Origin: an uncultured Chthonomonas sp.
GTDB lineage: Bacteria > Armatimonadota > Chthonomonadetes > Chthonomonadales > CAJBBX01
Length of the DNA: 64,000 nucleotides
Reading direction: 5' to 3'
Assembly: GCA_903951425.1 (NCBI GenBank)
Contig: CAJBBX010000118.1
Coordinates: 7,702 to 71,701, forward strand
Shown here one piece after another: positions 1 to 8,247 of this stretch (within the stretch, counting starts at the first letter, position 1; the number at the start of each line of letters is the position of its first letter). The position numbers and the translations under genes were made by a program. Under the pieces are notes generated by a model that saw only the letters and a list, made by a program, of their open reading frames with translations, was not told the DNA's origin and searched no databases.

Positions 1-1
1 G

Positions 2-1120
2 GGCCGCAACTTCCAGGCCGCCGACGAGTTCTTCCGCTTCAGCCTGCCCTACTCCCGCGAGCGGGTCCGCGTGCTGCTGAGCCTGGACAACGCCCGGTCG
101 GCGGCCTTGCAGGGCATCGATCGCCTGCCCCGGCTCCGTGAGGACGAGGACTACGCTGTGGCCTGGGTGCGCAACTACGGCCGCGGGCGCGTCTTCTACT
201 CGTCCATGGCTCACAATCCCAAAGTCCTCTGGGATCCGGCCATGCTCAAGTTCTACCTGGCCGCCACGCAGTTCGCCCTGGGCGACCTGCCCGCGCCCAC
301 GGCGCCCAGCGCCAAGCTGACTCCGGCCATCCGGGCCCAGGAGAAGCTGGGATGGCGGCTCGGCATCGAGGCCTACACCCTCAGCCGCTTCACGCTCGTT
401 GAGGCCATTGAGAAGACGGCTGCGCTCGGCCTGCCTTACATGGGCGGGCTCAGCTTTCAGAAGGTGGGCGGCGGCATCGACAAGAACTTCGAGCCCGGCC
501 TCAGCGACGAAGAACTGCAGCAGGTTCGCATGAAGCTCGACGCCCACGGCGTACGGATGCTTACCTACTTCATCCAGGACATCCCCGGCGACGAGGCCGG
601 CTGCCGCAAGGTCTTCGAGTTCGGCAAGAAGATGGGCATCGAGGTCTTCATGGCTGAGCCCGCCCTGGCCGCACTCGAGACGATCGACCGCTTCTGCAAC
701 GAGTACGGCATCAAGGTGGGCCTCCACAACCACGACCAGAAGGCCTCGCCCAACTACTGGAACGCTGATGCGATCCTCAAGAGCTGCCAGGGCCGGAGCA
801 AGATGATCGGCGCGGCGGCCGACGTGGGTTACTGGATGCGCGGCGGCCTCGACCCCATCGCCGGCATCCGGAAGCTGGGCGACCGGCTCATCACGCTGCA
901 GATGCACGACCTCCACGAGATCACTCCGCAGGGTCACGACGTGCCGTGGGGCACCGGCGCGGGCAGGTCCGAGGCGCTCCTCCTGGAGATGCACAAGCTC
1001 GGCATCAGGCCTGTCATGTTCGGCCTCGAGTACAGCTACAAGTTCGAGAACAACCTGCCAGAGATCGCCCAGACCATCCGCTTCTTTGACGGCCTGGCGC
1101 TGCGGACCGCCAAACCTTGA
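2..1120 (+). CDS. ThuA-like domain fused to a xylose-isomerase-like TIM-barrel (sugar phosphate isomerase/epimerase) domain; 5' end outside window
   Basis: The frame is open from nt 2 (GRNFQAADEFFRFSLPYSRE...), so the tracked ATG at 71 is internal. The N-part has a ThuA-type block, WVRNYGRGRVFYSSMAHNP. After a Pro/Ala linker comes a TIM-barrel part (GWRLGIEAYTLSRFTL, VGLHNHD, ITLQMHDLHE). The stop TGA at 1118-1120 overlaps the next start. Confidence 0.7.
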   Translation, partial: GRNFQAADEFFRFSLPYSRERVRVLLSLDNARSAALQGIDRLPRLREDEDYAVAWVRNYGRGRVFYSSMAHNPKVLWDPAMLKFYLAATQFALGDLPAPTAPSAKLTPAIRAQEKLGWRLGIEAYTLSRFTLVEAIEKTAALGLPYMGGLSFQKVGGGIDKNFEPGLSDEELQQVRMKLDAHGVRMLTYFIQDIPGDEAGCRKVFEFGKKMGIEVFMAEPALAALETIDRFCNEYGIKVGLHNHDQKASPNYWNADAILKSCQGRSKMIGAAADVGYWMRGGLDPIAGIRKLGDRLITLQMHDLHEITPQGHDVPWGTGAGRSEALLLEMHKLGIRPVMFGLEYSYKFENNLPEIAQTIRFFDGLALRTAKP

Positions 1121-2454
1121 GCGCCGGCAACGGGCTGACGCGGCGCGATCTGGCGCTGCGGGCGGCGGCGGCGGGTCCGTTGCTGCTCCCGTGGGCCGCG
1201 CGAGGCGCCCCGGCGCCCAGCGCGCGCATCACGGTGGCCGTCATCGGGCTTGGGGCCATGGGATCGGGCCACCTGGCTTACTGCGTGGGCGACCGTTCAG
1301 TGCAGTTGCTGGCCCTCTGCGACGTGGACCGCGTGCGGCGCGACGACGGCATGCGGACCGTGGCGGCCTCCTACGGGGCCCAGGGCGCCACGAACGTGAA
1401 GCCCTACAACGACTACCGCGAGATCCTGGCCCGGCCCGATATTGACGCCGTGCTCATCGCCACGCCGGACCACTGGCATACGCCCATCTCGGTCCACGCG
1501 GCGCAGGCCGGCAAGGACGTCTACTGCGAGAAGCCGATCAGCATGAACATCGCCGAGGGGCGGCGCCTCGTGAACGTCGTGCGTGAGCACGCCCGCGTCT
1601 TCCAGACCGGCACGCAGTACCGATCTATCACCACCATCCGCAACGTGGTGCGCTTCGTGCGGCGCGGCGGGCTGGGCAACGTGAAACACGCCTTCACGCT
1701 CTGGTCACGCACCGAGGGCTCCTACACGCCGGTGAGCTACCCGCTGCCGGCCGAGCCCGTGCCCGACGGGCTGGACTGGGACCTCTGGGTCGGCCCCGCC
1801 CCGTGGCGGCCCTACAACAGCCGCTTTCACCGCAACCCCGTGCCGGGCGTGGTGCCCTGGGCCTTCTGCGAGGACTTCGGCGTGGCCTCCGTCACCTGGC
1901 ACCACTCCCACGCCGCCGATGTGGCGCAGTACGCGCTGGGCGTGGAGGAGACGGGCCCGGTGGAGATCATCCACCCCTCCGCCAATCGCTTCCCGACGCT
2001 CACCTTCCGCTATGCAAACGGCACGCTACTCCACCTCGTCGAGGACTGGGGCATGGTGAAGAACGCGTACCACGCCGTGCCCGCCGACGCCCGGCTGGAG
2101 GGCAACTTCGGCGCCCTATACGTGGGCGAGCGCGGCTGGGTCACCTCGATGTACGGCTCGGGCCGGCTTGAAGGCGCGCCCGAGAGCCTCTTCGAGGAGA
2201 TGGGCATGCCGCGCCACGAGGGGGGCTGGGGACAAGACCACCACGGCGACTGGCTGGAGTGCATCCGAACCCGGAACCGGACGCGCACCGACGGCGAGGT
2301 CGGTCACCGGGCGGCCTCGTTGGGCCACTTGGCGCACATCGGCTTCAAGCTGCAACGAAGCCTCAAGTGGGACCCCGTCCGCGAGGTCTTCCCCGCCGAC
2401 CCCGAGGCCAACCGTCTCTGCTCGCGCTCCATGCGTGAGCCGTGGCGGCTGTAG
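1117..2454 (+). CDS. TAT-exported Gfo/Idh/MocA family oxidoreductase
   Basis: TTG start overlaps the upstream stop (TTGA). Twin-arginine leader LTRRDLALRAAAAG. Rossmann motif VAVIGLGAMGSGH. Family motif VYCEKPIS and ATPDHWH. Confidence 0.85.
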   Translation: MSAGNGLTRRDLALRAAAAGPLLLPWAARGAPAPSARITVAVIGLGAMGSGHLAYCVGDRSVQLLALCDVDRVRRDDGMRTVAASYGAQGATNVKPYNDYREILARPDIDAVLIATPDHWHTPISVHAAQAGKDVYCEKPISMNIAEGRRLVNVVREHARVFQTGTQYRSITTIRNVVRFVRRGGLGNVKHAFTLWSRTEGSYTPVSYPLPAEPVPDGLDWDLWVGPAPWRPYNSRFHRNPVPGVVPWAFCEDFGVASVTWHHSHAADVAQYALGVEETGPVEIIHPSANRFPTLTFRYANGTLLHLVEDWGMVKNAYHAVPADARLEGNFGALYVGERGWVTSMYGSGRLEGAPESLFEEMGMPRHEGGWGQDHHGDWLECIRTRNRTRTDGEVGHRAASLGHLAHIGFKLQRSLKWDPVREVFPADPEANRLCSRSMREPWRL

Positions 2455-2463
2455 GAGGCCCCT

Positions 2464-4779
2464 ATGCGACCCATCCTAGCCGCCCTGCTCCTCTGCCTGG
2501 CCGCCGCCACCTGCTCCGCCGAGCGCTCCCCGGTGAAGCTGAATGAGCATACGCGCCTGGGCCAGCGCTTCACCTCCAAGTTGCCCGTGGCCGATGTGTA
2601 CGTCTCCATGCCCAGCTGGTCCGACAACGAGGGCGGGCTCACTCTCACGCTCTGGGACAGCCCCGCACGCGGCCGCTCGCTGGCTCGGCGCGTGCTGACG
2701 GGCGTGCGGGACAACGAGATGGTCGCCGTCCGCCTGACCCGCTCGCTACCTGCCGGCTCCTACTACTGGGAGATCAGCGACCGCACGGGCCTGACCGCCA
2801 TCGGCCTCTACTGCGACGACCTGCCCGCCGACACGGTGGACTGCGCCTACACCGACGGCGCCCCCAATCCTCGGCGCGCGTTCCTCTTCGAGGTGGCCAC
2901 GTCGCTCACACCCATGAAGCGCGAGGCGCTGCTGATCGCCGACCTGGCGCCGGGCAAGCCGCGGGCCGTGCGGGAGCAGGCGTGCCGGGGCCTGGCGCGC
3001 GTGGGCTCCGCCGCTTGCGTGCCCGCGCTGAGCCGGATGCTGGACGACGCCGACCTGGCACACATGGCGCGCTTCGCGATGGAGGGTCTGCCCTCGCCCG
3101 CCGTCGATGCGGCCTTCCGGGCCGCCCTGGCGCGCCTGAGCGGGCCGAGGCTGGTGGGCGTGATCAACTCCGTGGGCGTTCGGCGCGACAACGCGGCCGT
3201 GCCCCGGCTCGCCCAGCTCCTGAAGGCCGGTGACGCCGCAGTGGCCGCCGCGGCCGCCGCCGCGCTGGGGCGCGTCGGGTCGCTCGAGGCCGCCTCTGCG
3301 CTGACGCGGGCGTGGACGTGGGCTCCCGCCGCGCTGCGGCCCTCCGTGGCCGAGGCGAGCCTTGAGTGCGCCGCCGGGCTGATGGCCGCAGGTAACGCGG
3401 CCGCCGCTGCCCCGCTCTACGACCGCCTCTGCGCCCTGGGATCGCCTCGGCAGTTCCGCGCCGGGGCGGCGCGGGGGTCGATCCTCTGCCGGGGCAAGCA
3501 GGCCGCCGCACGGCTGGTGGCGCTGCTGCGCGGGTCCGACGACGACCTGCGCGACGGGGCGCTCTGGGCCGCGCGGCACGATCTGCCCGGAGCCGAGACC
3601 ACGCGTGCGCTGACCTCGGCGCTGGCCGGCCTGCCTGAGGCGACCCAGCTCAGGCTGCTGGAAGTGCTTGCGGGACGCGGCGACGTGGCCGCCATGCCCG
3701 CCCTGCGCGCCTGCGCCGCCGTGGCATCGACGCCGATGCGCGTGGCTGCGGCAGGCGCCATCGCACGGGTGGGCGGCGCTTCCGAGGCCGTGGCGCTGGT
3801 GGCGCTGATGGACGACAAGGCCTCCGAGGTGCGCCAGGCCGCGCAGGAGGCGCTGGCGAGCCTGCCCGGCCGCGAAGTGGCCGCCGCCGCGGCCAAGCTC
3901 CTGACGCACGCCCAGCCCGCACGAAGGGCCGACGGCGCCGCTCTGGCCCAGCGGCTCAAGCTCACGGCGCTGGCTCCGGCGTTGGCCGGCGCCCTGCGCG
4001 ACCCATCCGCCACGGTACGGACGGCGGCCGCGCGCGCCCTCTCCGAGCTGGGCAATCCCGAGCAGGCTCCGGCGCTGTGCGCCGCGCTGGCGGCGGGGAG
4101 CGGTGGCCCGGACTGCGACGCCATTGAGCAGGCGCTGACCGCCATCGCGGCCCGCGCCGGCGACCTGGAGGCCGCCGCAGCGCCGGCCGCCGACGCCCTG
4201 TCTCAAGCCACGCCCTCGGGCAGGGCTTCGCTCCTCCGCGTGCTGGGCAGCATCGGCAGCGGCCGCGCGCTGCAGGCTGTGCGGGCGACGCTGGCCGGTC
4301 CCGACCCGGCAGCCCGAGCCGCGGCAGCGGATGTACTCTGCTCGTGGCCCGGCGAGGCGGCCGCGCCGGACATGCTCACGCTGGTGCAGGGCGCGGGCAG
4401 TCCCGCCGAGCGGACCAAGGCATTGCGGGGCATCCTGCGGCTGGCGGGCGCGGCCGAGCTACCGGCGGACCGCCGCCTGGCCCTCTGCGCCCAGGCCGCG
4501 CCGCTGATCCAGCGCGACCCCGAGCGGCAGATGCTGCTCAGCGCACTGGCGGGCATCGCGGCCTGGCCCGCGCTGGAGCTGGCGCTGCCGCTGCTGGAGA
4601 GCCCCGGAGTGAAGGAAGAGGCCTGCGCCACCGTGACGGCCATCGCGGCGGGCCTGGCCGACGGTCCCGGCAGCGCCAAGCTGACACAGCCGCTGGCGCG
4701 GGTGATCGCCGCCTCGCCGGCACAAGCCACCGCCGAGAAGGCGCGGGCGCTGGTGGAGAAGGTGCGGCAGTATCGGTAG
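2464..4779 (+). CDS. Secreted HEAT-repeat (PBS-lyase-like) protein with N-terminal beta-rich domain
   Basis: AGGAGG lies 6 nt upstream of the ATG. Signal peptide MRPILAALLLCLAAATCSA. A long Ala/Leu-rich region has recurring helical repeats of the type R..AA.ALG.LG...A.PAL. Confidence 0.7.
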   Translation: MRPILAALLLCLAAATCSAERSPVKLNEHTRLGQRFTSKLPVADVYVSMPSWSDNEGGLTLTLWDSPARGRSLARRVLTGVRDNEMVAVRLTRSLPAGSYYWEISDRTGLTAIGLYCDDLPADTVDCAYTDGAPNPRRAFLFEVATSLTPMKREALLIADLAPGKPRAVREQACRGLARVGSAACVPALSRMLDDADLAHMARFAMEGLPSPAVDAAFRAALARLSGPRLVGVINSVGVRRDNAAVPRLAQLLKAGDAAVAAAAAAALGRVGSLEAASALTRAWTWAPAALRPSVAEASLECAAGLMAAGNAAAAAPLYDRLCALGSPRQFRAGAARGSILCRGKQAAARLVALLRGSDDDLRDGALWAARHDLPGAETTRALTSALAGLPEATQLRLLEVLAGRGDVAAMPALRACAAVASTPMRVAAAGAIARVGGASEAVALVALMDDKASEVRQAAQEALASLPGREVAAAAAKLLTHAQPARRADGAALAQRLKLTALAPALAGALRDPSATVRTAAARALSELGNPEQAPALCAALAAGSGGPDCDAIEQALTAIAARAGDLEAAAAPAADALSQATPSGRASLLRVLGSIGSGRALQAVRATLAGPDPAARAAAADVLCSWPGEAAAPDMLTLVQGAGSPAERTKALRGILRLAGAAELPADRRLALCAQAAPLIQRDPERQMLLSALAGIAAWPALELALPLLESPGVKEEACATVTAIAAGLADGPGSAKLTQPLARVIAASPAQATAEKARALVEKVRQYR

Positions 4780-4861
4780 GGCCGCCGGCAACAGGGCCAA
4801 CCCGGTCCCTGAGGCCTGTGACGTTGTTGACGGGGTTGACCTTGTTGTCGATGGACGGCGC

Positions 4862-7483
4862 TTAGCGGCGCCCGGGCTCGCCGAGTAGGATCAGGCGTGT
4901 GTCGCCCTTCTTCAGGTTGAGGCGCAGGTCCGTGCCCTTGCCCAAGGGCGCTCCGGTGAGGGCGTCCCGCATGGATGCCGCCCTTGGGAGCCGCACGCGG
5001 ATGGGGCCGTCCTGCGTGGCGTGGAGGCCCACGACCGGGCCGTTGGCGGTGACGAGGCAGTCCGTTTCCGTGTAGAGGTGCGCGCCCGCCGCCCGTGCGG
5101 CCAGGCGGAGCAGCTCCGTGGAGAGGCCGGGCACGCCGCAGAAGAGCGAGGCGCCCCCCTTGTCACGTCGCAGGGCGACGGCGACCGAGCCGTCGGCGTA
5201 GGTGGCCAGCGCTTCGCCGGGGCGAGCGTCGGCGGCGTGGAAAAGGGGCTTCACGGCCTTGGCGACGCCGAACGGCTGCGTCAGGCCCAGCCGCTTGCCC
5301 GCGAGGGTGGGGGTCGCCATGGCCTGTTCGGGCGAGCAGGGCTCCAGCCGGAAGCCCGTGAGCGCACGCATGGCCTCGGGCGAGGGTCCGGCGTCGTCGA
5401 ACGCGCCGGGGGCGTAGCACCAGAGCCGCACGGCGCCCGCCGTGGCCTTGCCGAGGTCGGCGCGTTGCTTAGTCGTGAGCCGCCAAGTGTTCAGGAGCAC
5501 GTAGAGCCGCGCCTTCACCTTGCCGGCGGCCACGTCGTCCAGGAGGTACTGTCCGAAGGGCGCGCCCATGCGGCCCAGCGCGTGGCGGGCCATGTAGACG
5601 GCGGGGTTCAGGGCGTCCATGGCCCAGGGAGCGGCCAGCATCTGCGACCGCTCGTCGAGCACGGCGGCCACCTGCGGGCGGAAGGGGATCGGCGCCTGCA
5701 CGAAGGGCCGGTCAACGGCGGCGAGCCGCTTGTTCAGGCGCCACATGCCGGGGTCGTCGTACCATCCCGCCATGCCCAGGTCCATCCACCAGGTGCCGAA
5801 GTTGCGGGCGGCCTCGTTCACCACGTTTCGCGCCAGGACGTTGTAACTGGCCTCGGGCGTGGATGTCCGGGCGATGGCGTCCGGGCCGTCGGGGCTCATG
5901 TGGGTGCGCGTGTCGTCCTCTTGCAGCCACATCTTGCCGGCGATGGCCACGCTCTCGGCGCAGGACATGGTGGGGCCGGTCTGGCCGAGCCCGCGGTCGC
6001 CGTAGGAGATGGGCGAGCAGACGATGTCGATGTCCGGGCAGCTGAGGATGCGCCGCATGGCGTAGTGGCCGCTGGTGCCCGATCCCAGGGCCACCGCGCC
6101 GAACTCGAACGCATAGCCGTAGAAGACCACCACCAGCTTGCGCCCGCCGGAGGCCTTCCGGCACGCGCCGGCGATGCGCGTGACGAGGTCTGCCATGGCC
6201 GCCTGCTGGTATTCGGTGAAGTCGATGAGCCGTTGCTCGGCGCCGGGTACACGTAGGACGCCGTTGGGCGCGGCGCGGCGGCTTGCGGCGTCCGGCACGG
6301 TGGCGGCATCGAGGGTCGCCGCTGGGGCGCGCCAGGCGGCCTGTAGGGCGGCATTGGTCCCGTAGAGGCGCCTTAGCCAGACGCGCCAGGCGTCGCGGTC
6401 GGCGGGGGCGTAGCCGTTCAGCCGGTTCTCCCAGGTGTCGAGGTAGAACCACTCGCCGGTATTCTGGCCGCAGGGGTGGTAGCCCGCCATGCGGTTGGGG
6501 TAGCGCGCCTCCAGGTGTTCCACCAGCGCTCGGGCGGCCTCGGCGGCGTCGCGCTGGTAGGTGGGCGAGGCGGGCACAGCGCAATACTGGCGCAGGCCGC
6601 TCTCCCACTCCATCATGTCGTCGGGGTGCGCCTTGGCCCACCAGGCGGGCGGCTCCATGCCGAAGCGGGGGATGCAGAGGGCGCGCGGATTGGCCGCCAG
6701 TACGCGGTCCACCTCGGCGTCCACGGGCGCCCAGTCCACCGGTTTGCCCGGCTCGGGCCAGGGCGTGGGCACGATGAAGGTGACGAAGTCGACCCCTGCT
6801 GCTGCGGCGAGCTTGATCTGCGACTCGAAGCGTCCGGGAGGTCCGCCCAGGTGCAGGAAGACCTCACCGGGCTTATAGAAGGCCACCGATATCTGCCGCG
6901 CCGGCTCGGCCCTGCACCAGAATGAGACGTGGTACGTGCGGCCCTTGGCCAGGGCCAGGTTGGCGGCGTGGTAGATGTGGTAATCGGGCCATGCGCCGGA
7001 GGGCGGGGCCTTGAGACTTACGCGCAGGCCGCCGGAGCCGCCCACGCCCGCACCGGGCTCGACGCCCTCGGTTCCCACGGCATTGCGGGCATCCTCGGGG
7101 AAGCGTATCCATTGTGCGCCGAAGCTGCCCGGGCCTTGGTCGAAGTTCGAGCCCACTACCACGTTGCCGGTCTCGGCATCGGTGACGCGAATGTCGTCCA
7201 CGTCGATGACGCCGGGGTTTTGGCCGAAGCGGAAGTGCATCGTGCCCTGCCCTTCGGAGTCGGCCCCGGCCTCGAAGTCGAACTCAACGCGGCGGCCTTG
7301 CGAACCCACGTCGATGGGGTTCGAGCCCGGCCCGCCGAAGAACATCCGGGCGCGGACGGGTTTGCCATTCACCAGCAACCGCGGCGCGCCGTTGACGACC
7401 GAGACCCGCGCCGTCAGCTGGGCTATGGCCCCGGCGGCAGCGACGGCAAGCGCCAGAGCGAACGCCGGCTTTGAATAACGCAT
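4862..7483 (-). CDS. Secreted glycoside-hydrolase-like protein with N-terminal carbohydrate-binding-type beta-sandwich (GH42/beta-galactosidase-like; family unassigned)
   Basis: I chose the internal ATG at 7483, preceded by AAGGAGA, giving MRYSKPAFALALAVAAAGAIA (signal peptide). The 56 codons upstream in the track ORF look non-coding. The central part, FYGYAFEFG...CSPISYGDRG...WLQEDDTRTH, resembles GH42-type amidotransferase-like/trimerisation regions. The family call is tentative. Confidence 0.55.
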   Translation of the reverse strand: MRYSKPAFALALAVAAAGAIAQLTARVSVVNGAPRLLVNGKPVRARMFFGGPGSNPIDVGSQGRRVEFDFEAGADSEGQGTMHFRFGQNPGVIDVDDIRVTDAETGNVVVGSNFDQGPGSFGAQWIRFPEDARNAVGTEGVEPGAGVGGSGGLRVSLKAPPSGAWPDYHIYHAANLALAKGRTYHVSFWCRAEPARQISVAFYKPGEVFLHLGGPPGRFESQIKLAAAAGVDFVTFIVPTPWPEPGKPVDWAPVDAEVDRVLAANPRALCIPRFGMEPPAWWAKAHPDDMMEWESGLRQYCAVPASPTYQRDAAEAARALVEHLEARYPNRMAGYHPCGQNTGEWFYLDTWENRLNGYAPADRDAWRVWLRRLYGTNAALQAAWRAPAATLDAATVPDAASRRAAPNGVLRVPGAEQRLIDFTEYQQAAMADLVTRIAGACRKASGGRKLVVVFYGYAFEFGAVALGSGTSGHYAMRRILSCPDIDIVCSPISYGDRGLGQTGPTMSCAESVAIAGKMWLQEDDTRTHMSPDGPDAIARTSTPEASYNVLARNVVNEAARNFGTWWMDLGMAGWYDDPGMWRLNKRLAAVDRPFVQAPIPFRPQVAAVLDERSQMLAAPWAMDALNPAVYMARHALGRMGAPFGQYLLDDVAAGKVKARLYVLLNTWRLTTKQRADLGKATAGAVRLWCYAPGAFDDAGPSPEAMRALTGFRLEPCSPEQAMATPTLAGKRLGLTQPFGVAKAVKPLFHAADARPGEALATYADGSVAVALRRDKGGASLFCGVPGLSTELLRLAARAAGAHLYTETDCLVTANGPVVGLHATQDGPIRVRLPRAASMRDALTGAPLGKGTDLRLNLKKGDTRLILLGEPGRR

Positions 7484-7494
7484 TTTGATCTCCT

Positions 7495-7537
7495 TTGACC
7501 TTATTGACAGTACTGACAGTATTGTCAGTGAGGTCAA
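7495..7537 (-). promoter_or_regulatory. AT-rich nested palindrome between the metallopeptidase stop and the glycosidase start (terminator/attenuator or operator)
   Basis: TTGACC(7495-7500)...GGTCAA(7532-7537) encloses ACTGACA-GTAT-TGTCAGT and the 8-bp palindrome CAGTACTG. The right arm overlaps stop codon 7534-7536. The SD and ATG of the next gene follow directly. Confidence 0.3.
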
Positions 7538-8247
7538 GGGCGGGCCCCCCTGCGCCCCCAGACCTGCTCCATCAGGGAGTAGCCTTCGGGGTCGTGGGCT
7601 TGCAGTTCGGACCTCGTGAAGGGGCAGAAGTCGTTCTTGCCGAACCAGCACTCCGTCATCTCGGCGAAGTACTCCATGGGGTTAGTGAGGCAGTAGGCGC
7701 GCCTCTTGTCGCCACGGACGTGCGGCACCGAGTCGTAGATGCCCTTCGCTCGGGCGGCTTCGAAGGCGGCGCGGACGGCGTCGTCCTTACCGGCCAGGGC
7801 GAAGTGGTGGTAGGCGTGGGCCAACTCGTGCAGCACCATCATGGGCTGGTCGACGCTCCAGGAGACGAAGTTGCGCACGTTGTTGATCTCCACGCAGCCG
7901 GCCTTGTCCGTGTTGTAGCCATTCTCGCTCAGCCACTGGCGGGAGGGATGGAACTCGGCCGCGCCGTTGGGCTTGGCGTTCCACTCCACCCAGAGGCGCA
8001 CCTTGCGCAGGACCGCCAGCCGGTCGGGAGGGACGAGCCCGGTGATCTCCTTGAGCTTGGCGGCCAGCAGCTTCAGGGCGTCGGATGCCTCCGGGTGTTC
8101 CAGCGCCTCCGGGTTCACCAGGACCCGAAAGCCGCTCATGCTCCTGGTCCGGTAGGCGCGCGTGGGAGTTGGGCCCGGCGCCTGGCATCGCGCGGACAGG
8201 ACGGCCGCGACGAGCAGGCAGGCTGTGACGACGTAGGTTGCGGTCAT
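7534..8247 (-). CDS. Secreted zinc metallopeptidase, anthrax-lethal-factor-like (ATLF-type) HExxH...EYFAE
   Basis: The ATG at 8247 overlaps the upstream stop (ATGA), giving MTATYVVTACLLVAAVLSA (signal). Motifs are VLHELAHAYHH and a downstream third-ligand-like block NPMEYFAEMTECWF. The upstream 105 codons of the track ORF overlap the preceding gene and were dropped. Confidence 0.65.
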   Translation of the reverse strand: MTATYVVTACLLVAAVLSARCQAPGPTPTRAYRTRSMSGFRVLVNPEALEHPEASDALKLLAAKLKEITGLVPPDRLAVLRKVRLWVEWNAKPNGAAEFHPSRQWLSENGYNTDKAGCVEINNVRNFVSWSVDQPMMVLHELAHAYHHFALAGKDDAVRAAFEAARAKGIYDSVPHVRGDKRRAYCLTNPMEYFAEMTECWFGKNDFCPFTRSELQAHDPEGYSLMEQVWGRRGARP

